From assembly GCA_951406725.2 (NCBI GenBank), contig OX597819.1, positions 91,326,001 through 91,390,000 of the forward strand: a DNA stretch of 64,000 nucleotides, read 5' to 3'. A program made the position numbers and the translations under genes. Position 1 is the first letter of the stretch. The number at the start of each line of letters is the position of its first letter. The DNA is from Octopus vulgaris (lineage: Eukaryota). The notes beneath the pieces were generated by a model. The model was not told the origin of the DNA and made no database searches. It worked only from the letters and a program-made list of their open reading frames with translations. Of this stretch, positions 26,480-40,044 are shown piece by piece.

Positions 26480-27790
26480 TTTCTGACACAACTTGCGATT
26501 GTTTAGAACCATTTGCAAAATGGTTTTACTTGCGGCATTTTGCACATTTTTTGCCATAAGCAAGACATTGTTTAGATGGATGGCTACCTTTACATCTACC
26601 ATATGAATTGATACGGTTGTAGCGGTGATTCGAAACCTAACCGCTAGATACTGGATTAGATACCACAAGTGAACCACCATAGTTTCACACGATCGGTATA
26701 TAAGCCGTCCAATCAGCGTGAGGTTGTGGCATGATATGTTTTTTTATAAAGGCTCTAAAATTTGACTTCTTGTCCCCTATAAAATCCGTTTGAGCGTTCA
26801 ATTCGTCGCCGAGTGCTGAAGATGACTGACTGACTTACACGCCTTCACTCTTGTCAGGCAGACAGCCCGCCTCGGAGATTTGCACATATTACTTCGTGTG
26901 TTTTTGGACAGACTGCATGTTGTAACTCAGATAGATTTCTATATTTTCAGAGCGCTTTTCCTCTCCTCTCATGTGGCAATTATGAATACCGTTCATTGTA
27001 ATTTGCTAACATATATTTTTATATATTTATATCCGGCAATAAACATTAGAGTTAAATGTTCGTGGGTTTGCTTCAGTTATGCTAAACGTTACCTTCCCCT
27101 TACAATGAAATGTCCAGCAACGACACATTCTCCGCAACCCAACTCAAGCGACAAGCAAACCTCTCGCAACACGATCATTTCTTAGGCTTTTTCTTTGATC
27201 TTTTCTTGATTTTTTTTTTAGTTTTGTTTGGTGGGGGGGCATTTGTTTTTCTCGTTTACCAATAATATTTGTTTTGCGTCACGGTTGAGAATTAAGGGTC
27301 TTCTGTGATGCCTTTCACCAGTGTAATGCTTATTTTAATAAGCTCTGAATTTATCCTTTTTTTATCCTGAAGCAGTAACTTTCGAGCATCTTTGTTTCGT
27401 ATTCGTTCTTATCTCTGATTATATCACCCTGTAAATTCCCAAATATACAGCATTTATTTTTTAGTTTAATGTCTGAAATGAATCGAATTTCTCCGATAGT
27501 AACTGATTTCTGCTAAATAATGATTGCAGAGATATGTGATGTTTATTTAAGGGCGACAGTAATCTTGGAATTTCGTTTTAACAGCGGTAATCTTGTTTTT
27601 ATCGTCTTGGCTTTCAAACTCAAATTAGTTGAATACCTATTGTACTTGGAACCCGGCAATGCGGAGATAAGTTGCATCCTGCACATTTCCTTAATTTTCT
27701 CTGACTCCTGCAGTTAGCGCATATGAATCATAATGCTCCCATACCTATCAGTTTTCATCTATATTTCTTTCAAAGTGCGTGATTTATTCG
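26480..27790 (-). pseudogene. Gypsy gag remnant
   Basis: ATYLRIAG..VFN*FEFESQDDKNKITAVKTKFQDYCRP (~27550-27675) and zinc-knuckle-like CLAYGKKCAKCRK*NHFA (~26515-26570). Confidence 0.8.
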
Positions 27791-27822
27791 CGGTTTCAAA
27801 CTCACATTGTTTAGACCGATTG

Positions 27823-28058
27823 AAGGCGGCGAGCTGGCAGAAACGTTAGCACGCCGGGCAAACTGCTTAGGGGTATTTCGTCCGCCGCTGCGTTCTGAGT
27901 TCAAATTCCGCCGAGGTCGACTTTGCCTTTCATCCTTTCGGGGTCGATAAATTAAGTACCAGTTACGCACTGGGGTCGATGGAATCGACTTAATCTGTTT
28001 GTCTGTCCTTGTTTGTCCCCTCTGTGTTTAGTCCCTTGTGGGTAGTAAAGAAATATTA
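27823..28058 (+). mobile_element. Full-length Meta-like tRNA SINE with 13-bp TSD
   Basis: TSD tttagaccgattg at 27810-27822 and 28059-28071; B box gagttcaaattcc; CpGs intact. Confidence 0.92.
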
Positions 28059-28231
28059 TTTAGACCGATTGTATCTGGTAGATTATGTCAGGATACTTTA
28101 CTTTCAAACGATTTGCCCGCGCACTTTATGAGCACATAAATTAAATTCAGCAAAACAAATAAAATTGAAAGAGAGAATAACTATTTATCTCTGAGTGTGT
28201 CTTCTTTCTTTCGTAGCTGGAGATTACCATA

Positions 28232-28242
28232 TTCTGACACCA
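28232..28242 (-). promoter_or_regulatory. Primer-binding site of the gypsy element (tRNA-Leu type)
   Basis: Minus strand TGGTGTCAGAA, complementary to a tRNA 3' end ...UUCUGACACCA, upstream of gag. Confidence 0.7.
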
Positions 28243-28277
28243 TATTTTGTTGTTATAACGACCCAGAAACTAGATTA

Positions 28278-28687
28278 GGATCTTTTCGGTTTGAACGGCA
28301 GTTTTTAACATAATTTTCACGTAACTAAACACTTTTAAACTTCGTATACTGGTAGAATGTATTTATAAAACATCTTTTTCTCTTTGCTTTATTGAGAAAA
28401 TTCTATAGTTTGTAAGATATTTGTTGTTTTTTCTTCAATTTCTGCAATTTCAACCAATCACTGACGTCCATTGAGGTAAACAACTTTCTGTGCCGTATGA
28501 ATACGTCCCTTGTTTAAGAAACAGATTGGATTCATTTACATTTGTGAAGAAAAAAAAGATGCCCTTCCCCTACCCCTAACCCTAAAATAGATTGAAATGC
28601 AATAGATCGATACTAGGGTCATGACTATGGGTGACAATTTCATATGACACCGCTAGAAAAAAACTGCCATTCAAACCGAAAAGATCC
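28278..28687. mobile_element. MITE with 29-bp TIRs and 8-bp TSD (Merlin-like or hAT-like)
   Basis: TIR ggatcttttcggtttgaa(c/t)ggcagttttt with one mismatch; TSD ctagatta at 28270-28277 and 28688-28695. Confidence 0.9.
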
Positions 28688-28691
28688 CTAG

Positions 28692-28729
<38 letters not shown>

Positions 28730-28869
28730 CATTATTATTATTATTATTATTGGTTAAGTGAAAAATAAGGAACAAGTAATCTTACAATTGAAAGGAAGTT
28801 ATTCAATACTTTATGTTAATGATGAAGATTTTTGCGTCAGAAACGTGATGTTTATTGTCAGAACACAAA

Positions 28870-29170
28870 GCAAATTTTGGAAAACCAGAACTGAAACTTT
28901 TAGAATTTTATAAATTCATCGAATGTCTACAAATTTTCTGTGATATTTCCAGATGTTTGTATTAGTTTAAGAATGTATTTAGCAATCTCAGTTGCAGTGG
29001 CATCAATAGAAAGCTCCTTTAGGCAAAATCACAAATATTAAACACTTTTTAATGTCTACCATATCTCAAACTTGACTTGCTGATTTAGGAAGATTATGTA
29101 ATGGAGTCAAGCAGTGCCAAAGAAATTGATATTGATAGTGTTGCTAACAATACATTATCATTCATCAGCA
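28870..29170 (+). pseudogene. hAT transposase C-terminal dimerisation-domain fragment
   Basis: SLRMYLAISVAVASIESSF..IKHFLMSTISQT*LADL..KEIDIDSV matches the hAT SVASxERSFS..LRSTMSQxRL motif, with frameshifts. Confidence 0.75.
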
Positions 29171-29689
29171 TTGGACTAACGATTAAGGCAAATAAACACG
29201 TGCTAGGGTATCAGGGAAAGTGGGGAGCTAAAGCAATATTCAAAACGGTTTATATGATCAGAAATATAATTTTGAAGTGTTCATGGTGTCATTGTGAGGA
29301 TCGTATGATCAAAGACTTTGCAATTCAAAAAAGTAGGGAAAAAAGTTTCAAATATAAAGTGGAAGTATACAAAAATAAACATTATTTTCCATCTTACTGT
29401 TAATTTTGCTTCATTTTGAAAAATAAAAAATGATTTTATGGTTGATTATTATTTACATCTTGAATTACATATATATGAAAGCACCAAAATCTTTGTAAGT
29501 GCTTCAGGTCTCTATGAGTCTTGATCCAGCTCTGTCTCTCATCCCTTCATAGGAGTGAATAATTCATTCATTTTACAAGTAAAACAGACAGACCCCAGTA
29601 AAAAGTTGAAGAATACCAAAGACTTATATGTTTGTTAGCTTTGTAAAATAATAAAATGGAAGGAGTTCCTTTTTTGTTTTTTTCCAGGT

Positions 29690-30600
29690 AGGGTGCTGTC
29701 AGATATTCATAGGTCCTTTGGCTTTTCCAAACCTGAAACACTAAAACTAATGAACTGACTTATCATCTGCTCTCATAGGTCTTGGTGATTTAATATTTGA
29801 TTTAACTTCTCCAGTTTACATTGAGGCTCTGGAAACTTTTGAATAACAGCTTGCATGTGTTAAGGTAGTTTTAAGATTTATGAATCTTAAATTTGTGGTA
29901 TTAAAAGCTTTGTTATCGGCTGGTGTATTGATTTGATGTATTTGTCCATACTCGTATTAGTTCAGCTGGCTCATTAGGCATCTGCCATGACTCAAATTTA
30001 CATTTACTAGTGTATGTCTGGGTGAATTGATTAGTGTCTTGTGTTATCAATGTTCAATGTTTGTAAGAAGTGATAATCAATTAATGAGAGCTGTGTGGTC
30101 ACAGTATTTCCTCAGAAATCTGTTTATATGGTAACACTACATAAACCATCTACTTTAATTATATTTAGGTCATGGTGTTGTATTTTGATTACCTGCCCTG
30201 TTTTGTTCTATTTGGGAGGATGGAGTCTAACTTGTTTTCAAATTGTATCTTATCACCAACTGAAAGTAGTAGAAATCAAGTGTGCTCTGCCCATTGCTCA
30301 GCATCTTTCATGTGTCAGTTACAGAGAGCAATTATAGAATTTCTTGCTTAGAGTTATATAAATGATATTTGTCTGGTGGTATTGGAATGAGATCTCATAC
30401 TGGTAGACCAAAAATACATATTACTGCTGAGAGCTTTGACCTTTGACTCCCTGATTGGTGTACTTTGATATTGCAATATGGCATGTTGAAACAAATGAGT
30501 GTTGGTGTCTTTGTTTTGGGTTATGCAACTAATAATCAAGTGTTCGATTGTTTAACACTGATTCTAATAAGACTACTGATAAAAATTAGTGGTGTACACC
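29690..30600 (-). pseudogene. Possible very old LINE ORF2 fragment
   Basis: Only GKAKGPMNI (cf. KAPGPDxI) and ELIRVWT motifs recognised; extent uncertain. Confidence 0.3.
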
Positions 30601-31253
30601 TGAGCTCTTTAGGCTCTTTGATTTTGCAAGTTGCAAGGCAGCCTTTCTAGTGTTAGTGCTATATAAAAGCACCCAGTATACTCTGTAAAGTGATTGGCAT
30701 TCGGAAGGTATCCAACAGTAGAAACCATGCCAAATCTGAAACATTAAAGTATAACACAGTCCTCTTACATGTTAGATCCTGTCAAACTGTCTAACTCAAG
30801 CCAGTATGAAAAGCAGGTGTAAAATAATGAAGTAATGTATATATCATGTAATATGGCTAGGTTATTTATCAGCTTCTTATCCAAGAAGTCAAGCACTTTA
30901 GAATGCTAAAGCAGTTACAGTTATTTTTATAAGGAAAATTATTAATGTACAGCTTAACTGTTTACTTTAAGATTTGTTGACAATATTGTTTCTTCAACTT
31001 ACGGGTAAAAATTAATTCCATTTCATTTCCTGTTCTCCTATGAACTACTGTACATAATGAATACAAGCTTAGAAATAACATTCCTTTAGCTGAGAATCAT
31101 TGCACTTTAATGAAACTTCTGGCCTAGAGTCCTGAGCAATTTTAAATGGTATTTGATTAACGGTCTTTGAATATAGTTCGAGTTTTTTCGAGTAAATGTA
31201 TGTGTGGATATGTGCATGCACACACACACACGCACTCATGCACACACACACAT

Positions 31254-31288
<35 letters not shown>

Positions 31289-32221
31289 CTACCTGGTTGA
31301 AAACATATGAAAGTTGGCAACAGGAAAGGCATCCAGCTGTTGGAAATCTACCCCAACAAATTCAGACATGGGAAAGTGAATTTCAGGATGATGATGATAA
31401 TATTTGTGCATTTGTGTGTGCGTGTATATGCGTTTGTGTGTGCGTGTGTGTTTGTGTAGTGTATGTGTATATGTGTGCATATGAAAGAGAGGGGGAGAAA
31501 GAGAGAAGATGGAGAGGGAGCTATTTGTTTCTGGTAGAGTGTATAAAGTGTTGACCTACTGACAGACTGGATCAATGATTTCTCTCCTATCACTGAGACC
31601 TTCCTGTGTCTTTGACTCTTAATAAAAATCATGCAACTTCCAGTGTCCCAGTAATTCTAATCTCAATGAACAGAAACCTTGAAAATTCTATGAACTGAAG
31701 AAATGATAAGCTAGTTTCCTTTAAAAAATTTCAAAATACAGTCACTGCACATCTCAAAATGAGGTACCCTTAACACATCATCACACCCACATTGATTCTG
31801 AATAACACATGGCTAAAATCACTACATATGGCCTTAACTGTAATTACTAAAACATACTGAAGAACTTAGGAACTTCTAGCTGCTGTTTGGCCTTGTCTCT
31901 GATGACTGTTGGTATGCTGATAACAAATATACTAAATTGATAAAGTAATTAATGAAACAATTTTATCTGGGAAGGAGAGCAATGGAGGTGGTCTGCCCTG
32001 GATAGCATTTTTACAGGGGTAGTACTTTCAAGTCTGCTATGTACCCCTTTTTACCCTATAAAAACTATTTGGTACCTAACTCATTAGGCAGATTGCAGAG
32101 ACACACTGTGGGGGCAGACCATTCAGGCAGACCACTGTAGGCACTCAGGTAGATGATCTCAGGCACTCAGGCAGACCATGTTGAGCAAGAGACAACTTTG
32201 GACACTCACACATGATGTACC

Positions 32222-32450
32222 TATTTCTTTATTACCCACAAGGGGCTGAACATAGAGGGGACAAACATGGACAGACATAGGTATTAAGTCGATTATATCG
32301 ACCCCAGTGCTTAACTGGTACTTAATTTATCGACCCCGAAAGGATGAAAGGTAAAGTCGACCTCGGCGGAATTTGAACTCACAACGTAACGGCAGACGAA
32401 ATACCGCTAAGCATTTCGCCCGACGTGCTAACGATTCTGCTAGCTCGCCG
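32222..32450 (-). mobile_element. Meta-like SINE with TSD
   Basis: TSD acacatgatgtacc on both sides. Confidence 0.9.
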
Positions 32451-32535
32451 ACACATGATGTACCACAGCCAGCTGACACATGGCATAGTTCTCTCCTCCT
32501 CCTGTAAAATATTATATCTACATCTTTCTTTTTCT

Positions 32536-32943
32536 TATTTCTTTATTGCCCACAAGGGGCTAAACATAGAGGGGATAAACAAGGACAGACAAACGGATTA
32601 AGTCGATTACATCGACCCCAGTGCATAACTGGTACTTAATTTATCGACCCCAAAAGGATGAAAGGCAAAGTCGACCCCGGCGGAATTTGAACTCAGAACG
32701 TAAAGACAGACGAAATACCTATTTCTTTACTACCCACAAGGGGCTAAACAGAGAGGACAAACAAGGACAGGTGGTTTAAGTCAATTATATCGACCCCAGT
32801 GTGTAACTGGTCCTTAATTTATCGACCCCGAAAGGATGAAAGGCAAAATCAACCTCGGTGGAATTTGAACTCAGAACGTAACGGCAGACGAAATACTGCT
32901 AAGTATTTCGCCTGGCATGCTAACGTTTCTGCCAGCTCGCCAC
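32536..32943 (-). mobile_element. Dimeric Meta-like SINE with a single TSD
   Basis: Two head-to-tail copies (one 5'-truncated) flanked by ctttctttttct. Confidence 0.85.
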
Positions 32944-34308
32944 CTTTCTTTTTCTAGCTAGCCAACTCACTTATTCATGTCCATCAATAAATATGTTAAA
33001 AGTTCGTAAGTTTGCTTCATTTATTATAAATGCAGTCAGATAGACCACATGACAATGGTCTTCTACAATACAACACACCTCAACAAGCAATCACTATTGG
33101 TGAGCAAGCAACCTCATGACAAATTCAAAGCCTTCCCCCAACCTAGTTACACCACTGCATAAAGATTAATATTCATTCTGAGAACCAGGAAATTCTTTGG
33201 TCCCAAACCTAGGACCAAGTAAATCCTACACTAGTTTACTGATTGCATATCTGGAAGGGGTAAAAGAAAGGAAAGAAATAAAGCCAAATGTCTGATAGAT
33301 ACATCTTCACTCATCAATACTCTATAAAATGGTTGGTGTTAGGAAGGGCATTCTGCTGTAGAAACCAAACCAAAACAAGCAATGAAACCTGGTACAGTCC
33401 CTGGCCTTGCTATGTCCTGTCAAACTGTCCAACCCATGCCAGCATGGAAAACCGACATTTAATGATGATGATGATGATTTAACTCTAACTATTCCACAGT
33501 CAGAGAAGTCCTATAAAGTCTATGGATACTACTCTGCTATTTTAGTGGGGGTGAAAAATTACAAAAATGAAAATGCAAAGCCCAAAACTATAAATACTGT
33601 ACAATTGATTTCTTTCCCAAAGTGTTGCATTTAGGGAGTAGGTGGGAAGATGGAGAGAAATGAAGTGTATGACATACATGCATTTCCCAAACCTATTAGC
33701 TTCATAAGTGAAATGAAATTGCTTTTATCTGGAATATATAAAAGAAATCATACAGAGGAATCATCCCATTTCTCTTCTAAAGAGAAATAATTATATTTAT
33801 TTTTGACAGGCATCAGACCTTAAATTTATAGGCAAGGGGGTTAATGGGAAATGAAATATAAACACATCTCTACTTTAGAAATATCTTATTTCATGGATGA
33901 ATGCTTATTGTTGAATACACACAGGACACACACACATACACATGCATGCACGCACGAGCACACACACACACACCCATTAAGAATGCCTTTTACAATATGG
34001 AAAACTCCAAATATACATAATACTATCTTAGGTTTACTTGCATGGAAAAAGTAATGTAAAAACAGTGATAAAGCAAAAAAAGTTGGTGAGATTATTATCC
34101 AACCCTCTGTATTATTAACAGTCCTTCTTCTATACCCAAGGTGAACATTTAAATACACAACAGGATGGTAGCTGTGGTAAGGTTGAAATTCTTTGGTGCC
34201 TAAACCATTCACCTATTTATTTTTTTCTCCTTTCTTTCCATGGCTGCTACATACAACACTATTTAGCTGCCATTCTTCTGTTTCAGTTGCTATGTTTGTA
34301 TTATTAGC

Positions 34309-35038
34309 TACCATGACACAATATTCCATTCTGCAATAGGCACCAGGCATGAAATTTTGGGAGAAGGGGCTAGTCGGTTACATCGACCCCAGTGCTCAAC
34401 TGGTACTTATTTCATCAACCCCAAAAGGATGAAAGGCAAAGTCGACCCTGGCTAGAATTTGATGGACAAATGCTGCTAAGCATTTTGCCCAGAATGCTAG
34501 CGATTCTGCCAGCTTGCCACCTACCATGATACAATGTTGGCACCAAATCTTGGCACAAGGCCAGCAATGTTGGAAGAGGGATAAGCTGGTTACATTGGCT
34601 TCAAATTTTGGCACAAGGCCAACAGTTTTAGGGAAGGGGCTAAATCAATTATATTGACTCCAGTGTATAACTGGTACATTTTTAGTGAGCTCAAAAGAAT
34701 GAAAGGTAAAGTCAACTGCATTGGTATTTGAACATAGAACAAAGTCAGAAGAAATGCTGCCTAATATTTTTCTCACATGGTAATGTCAGTACCAGCTTGC
34801 TACCTTACCATGACACAATACTGGTTTCAAATTTTGGCACAAGGCCAGCAATTTCAGGGATTACATCAATCCCAGAGTTCAGTAGGTACTTATTTTATCA
34901 ACCCTGAAAAAATGAACGGCAAAGTCAACCTTGGCGGAATCTGAACTCAGGATGTAAAGATGGACAAAATGCCACTAAGTATTTTTCTCAGCGTGCTTAC
35001 AATCCTGCTAACTCACTGCCCTTTACCATGACATAATA
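34309..35038 (-). mobile_element. Three tandem Meta-like SINEs separated by a repeated ~15-bp spacer
   Basis: taccatgaYaYaat at 34309, 34522, 34806 and 35024. Confidence 0.8.
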
Positions 35039-35139
35039 CGCAGTAAGAAATAGCAGCTAAATTTCTTTTAACTTACATGCTGTCATCTTAAAAAAGGAAG
35101 GAGATATGTGTATGGAGGATAATATAGTTCTGGATAAGA

Positions 35140-35480
35140 GCAGGCATGGCTGTGTAGTTAAGAAGTTTGCCCTACAACCATGTGGTTTCAAGTTCAGTCC
35201 CACTATGTGGCTCTTTGGGCAAATATTCTCTATGGTAAGTGAATTTGGTAGATGGAAACTGTGTGGATGCTGTGTGTGTGTGTGTGTGTTTGTCATCTCA
35301 CCACTACTAGACAACTGATATTGTCTTGTTTACATCCCTGTAACTTAACAGTTCAGAAAAAGAGATCGATAGAATACATCCTTGGCTTAAAAAATAAGTA
35401 CTGGGGTCGATCCATTTAACTAAAATTCTTCAAGGCAGTGCTCCAGCATGGCAACAGTCCAATGACTAAGAACAGGAAAA
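35140..35480 (+). mobile_element. CORE-like SINE
   Basis: Head, (TG)n and tail match the family. Confidence 0.8.
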
Positions 35481-35799
35481 AACTGATTTTTATTAGATAA
35501 GCTTCATTGAAGCTTCAACAAAGATGGGATAGTTGTGACTGGAATGTCTCTGATCATAAGTCTGTCCCAAACTGGACTGACTTAGGGCTAAAACAACAAC
35601 TACAACTGTATCACATATTTGTATCAGCTAGCAAGCATCCACTCAGCATTATCCCTCTGTATCTTCTGCCTTGTTGTCTCAGACACCATATTGTATCAGC
35701 TGCTATGCTTATATCAGCTGCCATTCGGTTATATAATATCACACAACTGTATTACAGCTATGTATCATATTCTATTCCCCTGTATCACTCTTTCTCTGT

Positions 35800-36260
<461 letters not shown>

Positions 36261-37159
36261 CTGTTGCCATAACCCAGTATCATACCTTTGTAAATAAAGG
36301 GTAAAGATACCCCCTTTAGTCATGAATGATCATGAGATTGCATCTAGAAAGTTACCCTCTGAGGCACAAGTCTGGGCAAGGTCATTTATGGAAGACCAAC
36401 AGTCAGCAATGCACATCAGTCTCCTCTCTCCACGACACCAATGTTATCCAGGGAAAGGCAAAGGCTGATACAGCTGGGCACCAGTGACATCACAACATGA
36501 AATAAAAAATGTCTTGCTCAAAAACACAACACACTGTCTGGTCCAGGAATCGAACTCACTACCTCATGATTGTGAGTCCAATGCTCTAACCACTGAGCCA
36601 TGCACCTTCACTTCTGTATATACCATCCTAATTTTATTAACAAATAGGCACAGATGTGGCTGTGTGGTTGAGAAGCTTGCTTCCCAACCATGTGTTCTCA
36701 GGTTCAGTCCTAATATCTATCTAAAGTACCACATGCTTTGGGCGAGTGTCTTCTTCTCTGAGTCTTGGCCAACTAAAGCCTTGAGAGTGAATTTGGTGTA
36801 TATAAACTGAAAGAAGCTCATTGTATGTACATAACTATATGTATTGATACTTATGGCATCAGTTGCCTAATCTGTGTATCACAGAACTGTATTACACTTC
36901 TGTACCATTTACTTTCACTGTGTATGACATATCCATCTGCAACACATCACCGTATCATGAGCCAACAAAGTGTGTCTTTGTATGGTTGCTTGATCTGGTA
37001 GAAATAGCTGCCAAATCTCTTTCATAATGCATTCTGCTGATTTAAAAAAGGGGGAAGAAAGCACGTTAGATAGTGTAGTTGAAGATGGATTACATCTCAA
37101 GGAAAAAAAAAAATTTTGAAAATGGTTTACAGCTGGAAAGCTGGGGGCTAAACAACATC

Positions 37160-37351
37160 AATAGCAGCAGTAACAACAACAACAATCACCAGCACAACCA
37201 TTGCCACCACCACTGCCACCACCAATACCACCACTGCTACCACCACCACCACCACCACCACCACCACAATCACCACCACCACCACCACCACCACAATCAC
37301 CACCATACCACCACCACCACCACCACCACCACCACCACCACCACCACCACC

Positions 37352-37385
<34 letters not shown>

Positions 37386-37406
37386 TGATCATCATCATCA
37401 TCATCA
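37160..37406. repeat. (CAC)n/(CAT)n microsatellite
   Basis: Direct reading; explains the poly-His/Pro/Thr ORFs. Confidence 0.97.
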
Positions 37407-37947
37407 AAACAAAAAAAAGGAGAGGATAGGTTTGGCAAGACCTTTTTAACGAACAAGGTAGTGAGTCTCTATGTGGTTGCATGATCTGCTAGAAATAACT
37501 GCCAAATTTGTTTCATAATGCATCCTACTGGCTTTACATAGCAAAAAGAGTGAAAAGAACTCTGTAAAAAATTATCCAGGATAGTCATAGCAAGAACTTT
37601 TTGACCATAGATCTGCTGGATCAGAGCAGACCTAGAGTTAAATAACAAAACCATTGGTATCAACTTGTGTTCTACAAAATTGTATCATCCAACTGTATCA
37701 TACTCCATTATATCAGAAAGCCATTAAAGGAATTTCTAGGTAGCCACACAACTTACTAGAAATAGCAGCAAAATTTCTCCCAAAATCACACATTGTTCTT
37801 TTGCTTTTTTTTAAATTCACATCCCAATCACATGGTTTCAGGTTCAGTCCCACTGTGTGGTATCTTGGGCAAATGTCTTCCACTATATACTCAGGTCAAC
37901 CAGAACTTTATGAGTAGATTTAGTACATACTAATTGAAAGAATCCTG

Positions 37948-37995
<48 letters not shown>

Positions 37996-38179
37996 GTGTG
38001 AGAATCATAAGCATGTCATGCAAAGTGTTTAGAGGTATTTCTTGTAGCCTTACATTCTGAGTTCAAATTCCGGCAAGGTCAACTTTCCCTTTCATCCTTT
38101 CAGGGTTCAATAGACTAACATAGCACTGAGACTGATGTAAAATTTCAGGCCTTGTGACTATCATAGGAATAATATATAT

Positions 38180-38275
38180 AGGTGCAGGAGTGGCTGTGTG
38201 GTAAGTAACTTACTTACCAGCCACATGGTTCCGGGTTCAGTCCCACTACATGGCTCCTTGGGTTAGTATCTTCTA

Positions 38276-38312
<37 letters not shown>

Positions 38313-38450
38313 TCCCCCTAACATTGCTTGACAACTGATTTTGGTGTGTTTACGTCCCCATAACTTAGCGGTTCAGCAAAACAGACTGATAGGATAAGTA
38401 CTAGGCTTACAAAGAATAAATCCTGGGGTTGAATATAAAAGAATAAAAGA
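38180..38450 (+). mobile_element. CORE-like SINE
   Basis: ggtgcaggagtggctgtgtggtaag...ccgggttcagtcccac. Confidence 0.85.
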
Positions 38451-39179
38451 ATGTGTGTGTGTGTGTATCTGTTTGTGTGTGTGCGTATATACAGGCATAC
38501 AGTATTTGCATGGTTGTGAATGTGTGTGTATCTCCTTGTCTCAATCCGTGTGATTGTTGTAAATGAGTGTCACTGTCATGCAAGCAGTGTCATTCGTTTC
38601 CAATGTTCTGTAAAAACATGTCTGGCACTGAAGGAATATCACCTTGCTTGGAAGCATGGTGGGATGGTTGGTAACAGGAAAGGAATCTGGCCATACAGAA
38701 TCTGCTTTCAATGAACTCCACTCGACTCATGCAAGCATGGAAAAGTGGATGTTAAGGTAATGATGATGATGATGACGATGACAATGATGATGACGATGAT
38801 GTTGATGATGATGAAACAGAGAAACTCTAGGCCCTGCAAAAACAAAAAACAAAAAGAAAATCAAAATTCATCCCCTGCACACGTGTACACATACACACAC
38901 ACACATACTTTATAAATGACAAGATGCAATAGAGTCTACATCCATCCATATAATGCTTCTTCATCTTCAGTGATGCTGGATGAATTAATGATGTTTTAAA
39001 ACCATCTTAATTTGATTAGCCCTTTAACATTCAGATTACTCTGTTAAATGTGAATGCTTATTTGATGATGTGATCGTTTATTTCTTTGAATGACATTATA
39101 GGGTAGGTGTGAGAGACTGGATCTGGCCAGTTTGAACTTAGAACACATAGAATATTTGGGCTGGACTTGGCTGGTTTAA

Positions 39180-39484
39180 CCCTTTAGTGTTTAAACCGGC
39201 CATCCAGCAAAATGGCGGTGCCCCAGCATGGCCACAGCTCATAAGCTGAAACTAGAATCAATCAATCAATCAATCATATCCGGCTCAAATATTTTACATG
39301 TTTTATATTCAAACTGGCGATATCTAGCCTTTAAGCACCTACCCTACATTGAGACTCTAAAAATAAATAGTGACATTATTGAAACCTCAAAGCTATAAGA
39401 TAATGCATGATTAATTCAAGTTGATGATGATGAATTTGAATGAAGAAGTATTACATTTAACAGAATAATTTAAACACTAAAGGG
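39180..39484. mobile_element. piggyBac-like MITE nested in an older, oppositely oriented relative (~39019-39498)
   Basis: Perfect 16-bp TIR ccctttagtgtttaaa with TTAA on both sides. Confidence 0.85.
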
Positions 39485-40044
39485 TTAAATGCTAAAGTCC
39501 AGCACCTTTTTAAATTCTCATAGGCTTTCCTGTATGAGAAAAGCTGCAATAGTTAATGTAGTCTGGAGCACACAATACCAGGAAAAATACAATCTGGTCA
39601 CAGCTGCAATGCCTTTGGTCTTGTCTGCTGGATCAAGGTTTGACTAGAACAAAACAACAACAAACTCTATAACAGTTGTCATATCTATATTGTCATACAT
39701 ATGTATCAAGCTTCAATAACAGCTGACATACTTCTCTCTTACCTGCCATAACACTATATCAGTGGACATACCTATCTATGTCACACTTCTTATATTATTA
39801 ATCTATGCTATCCAACAAAGGTGTATCTATACAATAGTTCGATCTGCAAGAAATAACAGCCAAATTTCCCTCTAACTGCACACTATCATCCAAAAAAACA
39901 ATATACATATGAAAATTGATTGGATGATCTCAATTCAAATGCTTTTGATTAAAGGCCTGCTGGATCAAGGTTGACCTGTGGTCAAATAACATATATAACT
40001 TTGTATTATCCATCCATCCATTTTCTCCACCCACTATTCCTGCG

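Larger units (their letters stand above)
23450..28245 (-). mobile_element. Decayed Ty3/gypsy LTR retrotransposon (internal region; LTRs not recognised)
   Basis: Order on the minus strand is PBS, gag, RT, RNase H, integrase; many stops and frameshifts; nested SINEs and a MITE. Confidence 0.9.

Noticed and set aside
28570-28590. Telomeric repeat
   Set aside because: Only two CCCTAA units, internal to a MITE
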